The notes beneath the pieces were generated by a model. It did no database searches. It saw nothing but the letters and a program-made list of their open reading frames with translations, and was not told the origin of the DNA. This document shows, piece after piece, positions 1 through 9,743 of a stretch of 32,000 nucleotides of DNA. The translations under genes and the position numbers were made by a program. The DNA is taken from the NCBI GenBank assembly GCA_003144275.1, contig NJBF01000008.1:60001-92000 (forward strand), written 5' to 3'. The stretch is from Candidatus Heimdallarchaeota archaeon B3_Heim. Its GTDB lineage: Archaea > Asgardarchaeota > Heimdallarchaeia > Hodarchaeales > Hodarchaeaceae. Positions within the stretch are counted from its first letter, which is position 1; each line of letters begins with the position of its first letter.

Positions 1-261
1 ACAACCGCTATGGCCTCCAACGTCGATGATACTTACAATGCTGGAACAGGGATTCAAACAAGTTTGAATGAATTAGTAGAAATAATCGGAGAAGTCACTA
101 CACTTCCTATAAAGAAGGTGTTCAAACCTCCAAGACCAGGAGACGTCAAAAAAATTGCTTTAGATATCACTAAGGCAAAAAAAATTCTCAAATGGACACC
201 ACAGACAACATTTAACACAGGTATTCAAAATACATGGGATTGGTTCAAAAATACACACTAG
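1..261 (+). CDS. NAD-dependent epimerase/dehydratase (UDP-glucose 4-epimerase-like), C-terminal part; gene begins before the window
   Basis: Frame is open from base 1 (TTAMASNVDD...). YNAGTG...TSLNEL and PPRPGDVKKIALDITKAKKILKWTP match the C-terminus of extended SDR epimerases. Confidence 0.85.
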   Translation, partial: TTAMASNVDDTYNAGTGIQTSLNELVEIIGEVTTLPIKKVFKPPRPGDVKKIALDITKAKKILKWTPQTTFNTGIQNTWDWFKNTH

Positions 262-1265
262 CTTTCAATCAGGGTATTTATAAACGTCATTTTATCTTCC
301 AACCATTCCTCATTGATTTCTGTTCCACCAAACCAAGTCCAGAAAGATGCAACTACCCATGGATCTAATTTCACGTCTAATCTTGGACTCTGTGCCACTA
401 GAAAGAAGGCCTGCCAAAGTTCTCCGACTGCAGTTTCAAATAGTCGACTTGCTACGGAAACGGTTTTCCCGTTGTTTCTGATATCCATACTCTGGTTAAG
501 TCGAAGCTCTGACTCATTTATTGATACAAAAGCTGATAAAATCCACATTTCACGATCAGTACGCAAATGTTGTTGGAATAACCGATCAGCTAGAAGCTCT
601 AATTCTTGACGTGCATTAGATAACCTCGCAGGATTAAAGTGAGAAATCCGTAAGAGCTGGTTAAAAAAATCATATAGATTCAAATCAGCATTTCTTAAAG
701 AATCAAGTAAAAAAGGGGCGGTTCCTAATCCAAACGCGTTTTGGTTCATTAAAGGAATACATATGGCTTCCTCCGCTGCTTTAATTAGCCAGATATATGC
801 ATCTGCAATCATATCTTCCTGAATTCGATTTTTTACTCGCCCTAAAAGCATCCTAGCTGTTTGCCTTTTCAAATCAATTACTTCTGGTTGCCATTCAACA
901 TGTTCAGCTTGAGATTTCCAGTCATCCAATTTCCCCCGAGGGTCGTATATTATGTCACTGGATTGTAAAAGTCTCATAACTGTTGCAACTTGCCAATAGG
1001 GAACATTTTTGCCCTTAAGGACGTCTTCGAAAAATCCTCGTGGGGATAGTGTTAGTTTTACTTCAATATCGGAGAAGTCCTCTAAGTCTGTTAAAGTAGT
1101 CTCTTTTAAATCACGAGTTTTTTCTCTAATAGCCCAAAAGACGATTCTCGAATCTAAATTGTCGTATTGATCATGGATTAAAAATCTTCCAAGTTCCTGA
1201 TCCTCTGTTGTTATCCTTGTAAGTAAAATTTCGATAATTTGATTAATAATCTGCTGATCTACCAA
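258..1265 (-). CDS. Hypothetical protein, possibly a degenerate nucleotidyltransferase fold plus helical (HEPN-like) domain
   Basis: 335-aa ORF with TTG start. IIYDPRG resembles the end of KNTase/MNT-type nucleotidyltransferase domains and is followed by helical segments. No intact catalytic GS..DxD motif is visible. Confidence 0.55.
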   Translation of the reverse strand: MVDQQIINQIIEILLTRITTEDQELGRFLIHDQYDNLDSRIVFWAIREKTRDLKETTLTDLEDFSDIEVKLTLSPRGFFEDVLKGKNVPYWQVATVMRLLQSSDIIYDPRGKLDDWKSQAEHVEWQPEVIDLKRQTARMLLGRVKNRIQEDMIADAYIWLIKAAEEAICIPLMNQNAFGLGTAPFLLDSLRNADLNLYDFFNQLLRISHFNPARLSNARQELELLADRLFQQHLRTDREMWILSAFVSINESELRLNQSMDIRNNGKTVSVASRLFETAVGELWQAFFLVAQSPRLDVKLDPWVVASFWTWFGGTEINEEWLEDKMTFINTLIES

Positions 1266-1378
1266 TAATTCATCTCCAAATCATTATGGACTACCTATAG
1301 GAATCCTCTTTCAATCACTTATTCGATTCCGAATTCTTTTAAAAAATCTCTTACCTTTATACTAATCGACAAATATAG

Positions 1379-3751
1379 GTGTATTCTATGTCCAAGGTCC
1401 ATTTGAGTCAAATATTGTTATTCTTATTATGTTCCCCAATTACACTGATTGTCGGTCAATCATTTATTACTGAAACTGCATCTATTCCCGCTCAAGAGGC
1501 ACTTCCCGAGAGGATAAAGGTAGATATAACATTAAATGTCTTAGTTGTCTTAATGGAGCTTTCTGACGATCCACACCATGAAACTCACACTGTTCAACAT
1601 TTTACTGATTTATTTTTTTCTAATGAATCCTTTAGTATTCGTCAATATTATATAAATTCATCTTATGGCTCAGTGGATTTATCTGGAGATGTACTTGGAT
1701 GGTTTCAGGCAGTAGAGCCTCTTTCTTATTATGGTGGGGGTACACGTATGCCTCCTGGTCAGGACACAAATCCAGATTTACTTGCAGGGGAAGCATATGA
1801 ACAAGCCTTGGATGTTGGTAAAGACCCCCTAAGTTACGATTTATTTGTAGTAATTCATTCGGGAGATGGTCAAGAATACTCGGGAAATTCAAATGACATT
1901 TGGTCGCATCAATGGGGGGTATCCACAGACTCTGGTTGGGTAGCTTATTCTATGAACCATGAATATGTGGATTATAGCACTCCTTCTCATGAGCTAGGAC
2001 ATGCATTATATTTCCCAGATTTGTATGACTACAGAGATTACGAACATACCTTCGCTGGCGAATACGGTATGATGGGAAGAGGTAGTAGTCATTTTTCGAT
2101 TTGGAATAAATATTATAGTAAGGTTTCTCTTGCATCTTCTGCTCAATTCCTTTCTGCGGATTATCGGCTACAAGTAACAAATTACACAACAGATACTTTG
2201 TCTACAATAACTCCCATCGGTGTAGAATCCCCTCAGGGAATAATGTGGCTTGAGATTGGATGGAATTCCTCAGGATATATTGATCCTAACCATGGGTCAG
2301 GGTGGACTATTACAGTTCGTGAAGATCTGGATTATGATAAGCTCTTACCCAAATTTGGAATGGTTGTAGCAGAAATTCAAGTAGGGCCGCGAACTTATAC
2401 ACAAGTCGAAGGTGAATATCCTCCATGGAATGTAATTGATGCCCACCCAGAAACAGAAGAAAATAAAGACGATGCTCCTTTTTCATCTTCATCGGGTGAC
2501 ATAGGAACATTTGTTTCGGGTGCAGGGTGGGCTGCCCAAATTTTGGAAACGTTTACGAATAAATCTTATCGTATTCGGATAACTAATGAGAGTAATATAC
2601 CTATAATTAATTTAAATGAGCCCAATGAAGTAATCACTGGAAATTATGACCTACATTTTTCAGTTGACCATCTTAACTCATCAAGTATAACTTCAGCTGA
2701 GGTTTCTATCGATAATGGTCCTTGGGAATTAGCTACACCTGATCTTTCTCCAAATATGTACGTTTATTCATGGGATTCGACCCAAGAACGAGAGGGATCG
2801 CATATTATTCGTGCTCGAGCAGCTGATAACACAAGTTCTCCATATATTGGATACTCTTCATTCATTTCTGTAGAGATTGACAATCGGAATGGTTCGATTC
2901 TTGTTGTAGATGATGATTTAGGTCGTGATGCGGAAATAAGTGTATTAGAAGCGTTAGATACATTAGGATATGCGAATGAGTACGAAATCATGTGTACTTC
3001 TTCTTTTACTGATGCTGAAGTTACTGCTGAAGAATTAGCTCAATACAATACAATTATTTGGGTTGGAAATCCCGAAATTTCTCCAATAAGTAACTCTCAC
3101 ATTAATAACAATGAGTTCAAAGAGATAAAGAAATATTTTAACTCAGATCTTGGTGATGAACGATCTCCTGGTATTATCTTCATGTCTTCTTATACGATCT
3201 TTGATTTTAGTAATCAGGGAGCCGAGTTCCAAAATGAATACCGTGATATTTTCCAAGCGGAATCCATATTAAATTTTCGATCCCCTGCTTCCATGTTAGA
3301 AGGGTTACTGTTCTTAGAAGAACTACCTCAATTTACACTCGGAAATACCGATACACTTCGGGCAACCAGAGGTTCTGATGGAGAACTGGTTAATTTATTG
3401 ATAGGTGCTACCCCCATCCTTATAGATATTGATCCTCAATTTTCTTCCTACAGTACAAAAGGATATGTTGTTGATAATGGACAATATAAATTAGTCAACT
3501 ATCAATTTCAACCTGATATGGTTCCTGACGACATTCTACCCCAATTACTTAATTTATCTCTGAACTACCTATACATACCAGCCAATGGAACAGTTATTAC
3601 CACAACCACAACGACCACACCTACAGTTATGGATCCTGTCCCAATTATAGGCTTTTTTGCCGTAAGTGGATTGGTAGCATCGGTTTTATTCGTAAAATTT
3701 AGACCAAGACCTCGTAAAGGAGAATCAATCTGGGTTAATCGGAAAAACTAA
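1379..3751 (+). CDS. Secreted, membrane-anchored M6-family (immune inhibitor A-like) zinc metalloprotease
   Basis: N-terminal signal-like hydrophobic stretch; VIHSGDGQE; HELGHALYFPDLYDY zinc motif; GEYGMMGRG; Ig-like segment (VSIDNG...YSWDST...HIIRARAAD); Thr-rich linker, C-terminal TM helix and basic tail. Confidence 0.85.
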   Translation: MYSMSKVHLSQILLFLLCSPITLIVGQSFITETASIPAQEALPERIKVDITLNVLVVLMELSDDPHHETHTVQHFTDLFFSNESFSIRQYYINSSYGSVDLSGDVLGWFQAVEPLSYYGGGTRMPPGQDTNPDLLAGEAYEQALDVGKDPLSYDLFVVIHSGDGQEYSGNSNDIWSHQWGVSTDSGWVAYSMNHEYVDYSTPSHELGHALYFPDLYDYRDYEHTFAGEYGMMGRGSSHFSIWNKYYSKVSLASSAQFLSADYRLQVTNYTTDTLSTITPIGVESPQGIMWLEIGWNSSGYIDPNHGSGWTITVREDLDYDKLLPKFGMVVAEIQVGPRTYTQVEGEYPPWNVIDAHPETEENKDDAPFSSSSGDIGTFVSGAGWAAQILETFTNKSYRIRITNESNIPIINLNEPNEVITGNYDLHFSVDHLNSSSITSAEVSIDNGPWELATPDLSPNMYVYSWDSTQEREGSHIIRARAADNTSSPYIGYSSFISVEIDNRNGSILVVDDDLGRDAEISVLEALDTLGYANEYEIMCTSSFTDAEVTAEELAQYNTIIWVGNPEISPISNSHINNNEFKEIKKYFNSDLGDERSPGIIFMSSYTIFDFSNQGAEFQNEYRDIFQAESILNFRSPASMLEGLLFLEELPQFTLGNTDTLRATRGSDGELVNLLIGATPILIDIDPQFSSYSTKGYVVDNGQYKLVNYQFQPDMVPDDILPQLLNLSLNYLYIPANGTVITTTTTTTPTVMDPVPIIGFFAVSGLVASVLFVKFRPRPRKGESIWVNRKN

Positions 3752-3767
3752 ACAAGATTAGAGTCTC

Positions 3768-4775
3768 TTACATCGATTGATCCTCTGTAAGTACGGCCAG
3801 AATGATACCTATTCCAATGAATATTCCTCCCAATAATGTTGTGAATGGTAATCTTTCTGACAAAAATATAAATCCTAAAATTGATGCACCAGCTGCTTCT
3901 CCTAAAACCGTTAAAGATACAACCTGTGCAGAAAGTTTTTTCATAGAGTATGTATACAGAGCATGACCCAATAAACTCGGCCCTATGGCTAAAGCAAGAA
4001 ACCAGGTCATATCAGATGAAGGAAATATCCAAACATTTTCTGAAAGGCCTAAAGAATAAAGAAATAGGAATATGGTGCAATAAGCGTTAACAAAGTATGT
4101 ATAAGCAATATTAGAAACATTGAAACGACTTCGCATTTGTTTTCCGATAATGAAATAACAAGCAACCATTAGGGCACCAAATAAGGCTAAAAAAACCCCT
4201 TCTTGAAAGGAGCCGAGTAATTGACTAGAAACCTCACCAAACGCAATAAGTATAATTCCAAAAAAACATAGAATCAATCCAATCACTTGGGAAGAAGTAA
4301 TCGTCTCACGGAAAAGAGCAAAGGAAAGAAAAATTACCCAGAGCGGAGACGAGTTTACAACGATTACCGATGCTGCTACAGAAGTATACTCTAAACTCTG
4401 AATCCAGGAGAAAAAATGAAGTGAAAGAAAAAAACCTGCTAAGATAAAGTATTTCATATGGCCGAAGCTTGAAACAGAACGAAATTGTCTTCTAATTTCT
4501 GCGGAGAGTAGTAAGGGTGAAAGTAAGAGCACTACCAAAAACAATCTCCAAAATGCGATGGTTATTGCCGTTGAAATGCTATATCGAATAAAGATTGAAG
4601 CTCCTGATACTGCTATTGTAGCAATAATTAAGGCAACATATTCGAATCTGATTGGAAATTTGCTCGTAATTTGTGAGATTTCTTTCATTGCACATTCTTT
4701 AGGAATAAACACTAATAACTCTTCTGGAGGACGAATCTTAAAGAGAATGGACGACTTATAGAGATAAATAGTCAT
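3768..4775 (-). CDS. DMT/EamA family transporter (true start may be the ATG at 4688)
   Basis: About 10 hydrophobic helices; AGFFLSLHFFSWIQSLEYTSVAASVIVVNSSPLW and GHALYTYSMKK are typical EamA repeat motifs. Confidence 0.9.
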   Translation of the reverse strand: MTIYLYKSSILFKIRPPEELLVFIPKECAMKEISQITSKFPIRFEYVALIIATIAVSGASIFIRYSISTAITIAFWRLFLVVLLLSPLLLSAEIRRQFRSVSSFGHMKYFILAGFFLSLHFFSWIQSLEYTSVAASVIVVNSSPLWVIFLSFALFRETITSSQVIGLILCFFGIILIAFGEVSSQLLGSFQEGVFLALFGALMVACYFIIGKQMRSRFNVSNIAYTYFVNAYCTIFLFLYSLGLSENVWIFPSSDMTWFLALAIGPSLLGHALYTYSMKKLSAQVVSLTVLGEAAGASILGFIFLSERLPFTTLLGGIFIGIGIILAVLTEDQSM

Positions 4776-5646
4776 GTCTAAAGAAAAAACTATACTTCCG
4801 CGAATAGGAGCACATAAATCTATAGCGAATGGAATAGATAGAGCAGTTGATCGAGGACTTGAAAGTACCTGCGAATGCCTTCAGATTTTTACTCGTCCAC
4901 CTAGACGTTGGGAAGCAGGTAAATTCTCATTAGACAAAATTCGAGTTAAAAGCTTTCTAGATAAAGCCGAAAACGCCAAATATTTCGATACCGCGATCCA
5001 TATGCCGTATCTTCCTAATTTGTCTTCCCCCGACGACGGCCTCTACAACAGATCGATCAAAGTTCTCCAGGAAGAGATCGTAAAATCGCACCTTTTACAT
5101 TCCCCCTATGTCATTTCACACCTTGGAAGCCCGAAAAAGGAATCACGAGATTTTGCTGTTAAACGTACAGCTAAAGCTTTAGATCAAGCACTTGAATCAC
5201 GAATAGCGCCTACAATGATTCTATTGGAAAATTCAACAGCAAAAAGAAGAGATTGGGGGAAAAATATTGAAGATATCACCAATGTCATAAATACCGTGAA
5301 CCAACCGCAGTATGTAGGAATGTGCTTTGATACCGCACACGCTTTTGCCTCTGGTTATGAGATTTCGTCTCCTGAAATACTTCATGAGGTATTTGACAGT
5401 ATTGACGAGCTGGTAGGGAAAAATAAAGTCCGAGTAATTCATCTCAATGATTCTAAGGGCCAATTAAATTCAGGAATCGATCATCATGAACACATTGGTC
5501 GGGGAAATATAGGCATTGATTGTTTTCGGGAATTAATGCAACATCCTAGATTTAATAATATTTCTATGATTCTTGAAACTCCCAAAGATGAAAAAATTGA
5601 TGATAAAAAGAATCTCGATCTCCTTCGGAGTCTCAGAAAGAAATAA
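4774..5646 (+). CDS. nfo: Endonuclease IV (deoxyribonuclease IV, AP endonuclease 2 family)
   Basis: IGAH, QIFTRPPRRW, HMPYLPNLSS, LLEN, CFDTAHAFASGY, IHLNDSK...DHHEHIGRGNIG and ILETP metal-binding motifs. Confidence 0.95.
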   Translation: MSKEKTILPRIGAHKSIANGIDRAVDRGLESTCECLQIFTRPPRRWEAGKFSLDKIRVKSFLDKAENAKYFDTAIHMPYLPNLSSPDDGLYNRSIKVLQEEIVKSHLLHSPYVISHLGSPKKESRDFAVKRTAKALDQALESRIAPTMILLENSTAKRRDWGKNIEDITNVINTVNQPQYVGMCFDTAHAFASGYEISSPEILHEVFDSIDELVGKNKVRVIHLNDSKGQLNSGIDHHEHIGRGNIGIDCFRELMQHPRFNNISMILETPKDEKIDDKKNLDLLRSLRKK

Positions 5647-5684
5647 AATGTCTCAGCAAATGGTTTTGTTGAGGTAACTCTAAC

Positions 5685-6251
5685 GTGAAAATATCTAATA
5701 TCGATCTGAAGACTGCATACCGATTTTTATATCCACGATTCACAATTATCGTATCATCTGGAACGCTTTCTAATCCAAATGCCCTCACTATCGCTTGGTC
5801 TACCCCTCTTTCAGCAGATCCGCCATTACTTGGTGTTCTCATTGCAAATAAGAGGTATTCTCATGAAATAATAAAAGAAACCAAGTCTTTTGTTGTAAAT
5901 ATTCCCCATTACAATCTTGTTAAAGAAACCCATTTTGTTGGACAGATTTCTGGTCGTGAAGATCCAAAAAAAATTGAAAAGGCTGGTTTCACATTAGAGC
6001 CATCCAAAAAAATTGCCGCACCCCGCATAAAAGAGTGTAAAATTAATTTGGAATGCAAACTCGTTGATATAATCACCACAGGTGATCATGACATGTTTGT
6101 TGGTGAAATCATTGAAATAGCGGTTGATTCAACTATTCGTGATGAGTGGTCTTATGATCTATCAAAACATCAATCAATTTATTGGAGACAATCTAAATTT
6201 AGCAGTGATGCTTACCGATTAAATGTCGTGAATGAGGAAGATTTAACTTGA
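5685..6251 (+). CDS. Flavin reductase-like FMN-binding protein
   Basis: PNALTIAW..PLSADPPLLGV, RYSHEIIKETKSFVVNIP, APRIKEC..NLECKL, GDHDMFVGEI; GTG start. Confidence 0.9.
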   Translation: MKISNIDLKTAYRFLYPRFTIIVSSGTLSNPNALTIAWSTPLSADPPLLGVLIANKRYSHEIIKETKSFVVNIPHYNLVKETHFVGQISGREDPKKIEKAGFTLEPSKKIAAPRIKECKINLECKLVDIITTGDHDMFVGEIIEIAVDSTIRDEWSYDLSKHQSIYWRQSKFSSDAYRLNVVNEEDLT

Positions 6252-7270
6252 AACACACTTCCCCCAGCTTAATAGTGGAAAATCAAACAGTTTTCTTTGA
6301 ATCCTCAGAAAATATGCGTGAAATCGAGTCAGATTCAGTGACTCTAATTGTCACTTCTCCTCCTTATTGGAATGTCAGAGATTACGGTTCTGAGCAGATA
6401 GGATTCGGACAGATCTATAAAGAATATGTTAATTCTTTAGATAAGGTTTGGAAAGAATGTGAACGAGTACTTCAGCCAAATGGTAAAATAGCTATTAATG
6501 TCCAACCGCTCCCAATAGATAGTAAAAATTCTGGATTTGGACGTCGAGTTATATTAAATTTAATGTATGACATTGAACGCTTTTTTCGAGAAAGTAATTT
6601 CTATTTATCTGGAATGCACTATTGGGATAAAGCACCTTATATTTCTAACGTATCTTGGGGTAGTTATCCTAAACCTACCAATATTGCCTCAAACACTAGT
6701 TTTGAACAAATCTTTGTGTTTGTAAAGGGGGGGAAGACACGCAAAGTTCCTCCCGAAACCATGCAAAAAAGTTTATTATCAAAAGATGAATGGAGACATT
6801 TCGCTGTTCGAGGAATCTGGGATGATATCTCCCCTGTAATTAAAATTGACTCTAAGGGTGTTAATAAATTTGGTCATTCTGCACCCTTTCCTGAAGAAAT
6901 CCCCTATCGAATCATTAAAATGCATTCTGCTAAGAATGAAACGGTGCTCGATCCTTTTTTAGGTTCAGGAACAACCTTGAAGATTTGTCGCATTACTGGA
7001 CGAAAGGGTATAGGATACGAAGTTAATGAGAACTATAGAGAGTTGATTAAAACAAGAATTCTCGAAGATTGGGAATTTCCTCCAATTGAAGCACAATATA
7101 AGACGATGGGAACGACCTTTTTCTATGAAACACTTCAATATGTTCATAACAGAATAGTAAGCGAACCTGCAATTTCTCTCAAAGAGATAATAAATGAACT
7201 TAATAGGAAGTTTCCGAAGAAATTTACCAAATCTTGGATATCACATCTTAACAGTCTAAATATGGAGTAG
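6248..7270 (+). CDS. Site-specific DNA methyltransferase, beta class (N4-cytosine or N6-adenine), orphan
   Basis: Motif IV TSPPYW precedes motif I DPFLGSGTT; HSAPFPEEIPYRII; GIGYEVN. TTG start overlaps the upstream stop (TTGA). Confidence 0.92.
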   Translation: MKHTSPSLIVENQTVFFESSENMREIESDSVTLIVTSPPYWNVRDYGSEQIGFGQIYKEYVNSLDKVWKECERVLQPNGKIAINVQPLPIDSKNSGFGRRVILNLMYDIERFFRESNFYLSGMHYWDKAPYISNVSWGSYPKPTNIASNTSFEQIFVFVKGGKTRKVPPETMQKSLLSKDEWRHFAVRGIWDDISPVIKIDSKGVNKFGHSAPFPEEIPYRIIKMHSAKNETVLDPFLGSGTTLKICRITGRKGIGYEVNENYRELIKTRILEDWEFPPIEAQYKTMGTTFFYETLQYVHNRIVSEPAISLKEIINELNRKFPKKFTKSWISHLNSLNME

Positions 7271-7580
7271 TGTCTGAAATTCTCGTTTAGACATGTTTAT
7301 TCAATAAAAACTCATTTAATTCAGGTATTATTGATATAAAATAAGCTAATACTTGGTCATATCAATTTTTTACCTGCTTTTCCTGGTTAAGACGAAGATA
7401 TTATAGTCCACTAATAATTAAAGTCAATTTGGCGAGTTGAAAATTCATTTTTCTTATTGAATTCTATGCATTGAGATAAGAACATCTAGTATGCTAACGA
7501 ATTACTAAACACAACATCATATCATGAAGATCCTATACATGAAGGGTACGCAAACTAGGTAATGTTAGATACCAAAACAA

Positions 7581-7597
7581 AGGAATAACTTTATAAA
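7581..7597 (+). promoter_or_regulatory. Putative archaeal BRE/TATA promoter of the histone gene
   Basis: Purine-rich AGGAATAAC followed by TTTATAAA (7590-7597), about 65 nt upstream of the ATG. An AGGTGA Shine-Dalgarno at 7650-7655 implies a leadered mRNA. Confidence 0.55.
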
Positions 7598-7663
7598 GAT
7601 AGGGAAATTCAAGTAATTGTCGAAAAAGAATCGACGTATTTTTGAGAAAAGGTGAAATAAATT

Positions 7664-7867
7664 ATGGTAGGATTTGCAAGTGCTCGCGTAGAGAAGCTTA
7701 TTCGTAATGCTGGTGCACGCCGTGTATCCGCAGACGCAATCAGTCGGCTTAACGAGGTTTTAACCGACTATGGTATGGAACTAGCCAAATACGCAGTCGA
7801 AATTGCTCGTCACTCTGGTCGTAAGACCGTTAAGGAAAATGATGTTAAATTAGCCGCAACCAAATAA
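7664..7867 (+). CDS. Archaeal histone (HMf-like, single histone fold)
   Basis: ARVEKLIRNAGARRVSADA...AVEIARHSGRKTVKENDV is a canonical archaeal histone fold; strong SD upstream. Confidence 0.97.
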   Translation: MVGFASARVEKLIRNAGARRVSADAISRLNEVLTDYGMELAKYAVEIARHSGRKTVKENDVKLAATK

Positions 7868-7901
7868 GGTTTAGACTAATTATATTTCATAAAATCCTTC
7901 A

Positions 7902-7916
7902 CCTCCCTTTTTTTTT
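7902..7916 (+). terminator. Oligo-T archaeal terminator after the histone gene
   Basis: CCTCCC followed by a T9 tract about 40 nt downstream of the stop. Confidence 0.5.
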
Positions 7917-8001
7917 CTTACTAATAACATAAGAAGTCTTCTTTAAACGGAAAGATCATCGAGCAACGAATAACTTTTAATTAAATTGTCAAGCAGATAA
8001 A

Positions 8002-8415
8002 TTAGTTTTCAATCGCTCGCTCTTCACGAGTTACTGCTTTCAATTTTTCAGTTTGTAGTTGCTGAATTCGGTCTATTTCAGCTAATAGATTCCGAATACT
8101 GGTTGGTTTCGTAAAAAAACCAATAGCACCTGATTCCAGTGCCTCTTTCTCGACTCTCTTTTCAGCCGAGACGAATAAAACTTTAGCTTGAGGTGTTTTT
8201 TTTAATATCTCCTTCATTGCAACGAGTCCATCCAGAACTGGCATACGGTAGTCCATGATTATGATATCAGGTTTAATAGGTAGCTCTGAAAATTTCTCAA
8301 TGGCTTCTTTTCCGTTACTGGCATTCCCAATGACATCATGACCTTCCATCATCAATAGCTTAGAATATATCATGAGGAGGTCTCTTTCATCATCTACCAA
8401 GAGAATGCGTGCCAT
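8002..8415 (-). CDS. Stand-alone response regulator (REC domain, CheY-like)
   Basis: ILLVDDE, IIIMDYRMPVLDG (phospho-Asp), VLFVSA, FFTKP. No output domain and no adjacent kinase. Confidence 0.95.
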   Translation of the reverse strand: MARILLVDDERDLLMIYSKLLMMEGHDVIGNASNGKEAIEKFSELPIKPDIIIMDYRMPVLDGLVAMKEILKKTPQAKVLFVSAEKRVEKEALESGAIGFFTKPTSIRNLLAEIDRIQQLQTEKLKAVTREERAIEN

Positions 8416-8613
8416 TATTAGTCCTCAAATTGATAATATATAATGAATCTATACCCATTTTTTGACGAAAATGGTATTTAGGGAGATTTGTTTAGTAATT
8501 TTAATATTACGTTACCTCATTTATTAAACTCACTATATAATTTCGCAGTTCTTATTTGAAGAGCTGACAAGTCAAACTTCTGATTTGCCGATTTGATATA
8601 CTATAAAGTAATT

Positions 8614-9726
8614 TCAACTTGTTTGTTCTGTTTCACCTAAAAATGTCAGGATTGGCATAAAAGAATCCATGTAATCAAGTGTAGTGATTGTGTGAGGAAG
8701 TGAAAGGAAGTTTCGATACTCTACATTAAACAGAATATCATTGTCACTCATTAAGGATATTAAATGAGTTTCAGCCACTTTAGCTTCCTCAAAAGAGCTA
8801 AAAACCGCCGTTACTATGACATCGAACCCAAATCTCATCAAAATAATTGGTGTTAGCACTTTATCAATAAGGCTTAGCGACATCTCAATAGTTGAGGCCT
8901 GAGATGAAATGATACAGTAGCGGCAAAGTAGAAGTATATTAAGCCCTAGTTTCTTAGTGTTGGGAAATAATCGGGGTACTATTACTCCTGAATCAACAAG
9001 TTTTTTCAACCACCTTGTAGTAGTCGTCCTTGGTCTTCCAGTTAGTTGAGATACTTCCCTTGGAGTTCGTCCTGGCGCTTCGAGAAAAGAATAGAGGATT
9101 TCTTGTCCTACTTGTGTTATTCTCAGTTGAGGATCTTGGGGGGGCAGAAAAATAGGTTTCTCTAGTTTTTCTTCTAAGCTTAAACCAAAAAGTCTGAATA
9201 ATGATTTAGAATAATCTAGAAATCTTGGAAATTCTGATAATCGAATGGGAAAATGTAATTCTTGTTGGAAACTGAAATTTATTCCCAAATTCAATAGGTT
9301 GTTTTCTAGTTGATCTGATATTTCTTCAAATTTATTATAATTTTCATAACAGCTCAAAGTTAACGCCAAGTTACTCTCAACGGCTGAAAACAGAAGTCTA
9401 TTGGAATTTTTTAGAATATCTAGAAAATTAACTGACTTTTTTTCATCAGATGAATCAGATACACCATAATAGGAAGATAGTTCCGATATGACTCGTATAT
9501 TGAGGGTGATAAATTCTATGTTGAGATATGCCACATTAGGTAAATAAACGAGCGTATAGTACTTTTTGGCCTTTAGCCGTTTCTTTATGGTTGAGAATGT
9601 GGAACGTTTGATGCCAATTTTTAATGCAAGTTCGAAATCGGGAATTTCTGGATATTGGACAAGGTAGGCCATCACGAGTTGCTCTCGTTCACTTAATCCA
9701 CCTACGAAATCTGATTCATTTTTCAT
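8614..9726 (-). CDS. Double winged-helix (Lrp/AsnC-like, 2x wHTH plus ligand domain) transcriptional regulator, paralog 2
   Basis: N-terminal HTH (LSEREQLVMAYL..YP..PDFELALKIGIKRSTFSTIKKRL) and a second HTH (PREVSQLTGRPRTTTTRWLKKL) followed by PNTKKLGL. Start placed at ATG 9726; the ORF track starts at 9747. Confidence 0.75.
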   Translation of the reverse strand: MKNESDFVGGLSEREQLVMAYLVQYPEIPDFELALKIGIKRSTFSTIKKRLKAKKYYTLVYLPNVAYLNIEFITLNIRVISELSSYYGVSDSSDEKKSVNFLDILKNSNRLLFSAVESNLALTLSCYENYNKFEEISDQLENNLLNLGINFSFQQELHFPIRLSEFPRFLDYSKSLFRLFGLSLEEKLEKPIFLPPQDPQLRITQVGQEILYSFLEAPGRTPREVSQLTGRPRTTTTRWLKKLVDSGVIVPRLFPNTKKLGLNILLLCRYCIISSQASTIEMSLSLIDKVLTPIILMRFGFDVIVTAVFSSFEEAKVAETHLISLMSDNDILFNVEYRNFLSLPHTITTLDYMDSFMPILTFLGETEQTS

Positions 9727-9743
9727 ACAGAATATCCATCCTA

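Noticed and set aside
4773-4776. Head-to-head genes sharing a palindromic CATG start (DMT and nfo)
   Set aside because: The DMT gene more plausibly starts at ATG 4688, which leaves a normal divergent intergenic space; the overlap is probably a longest-ORF artefact.
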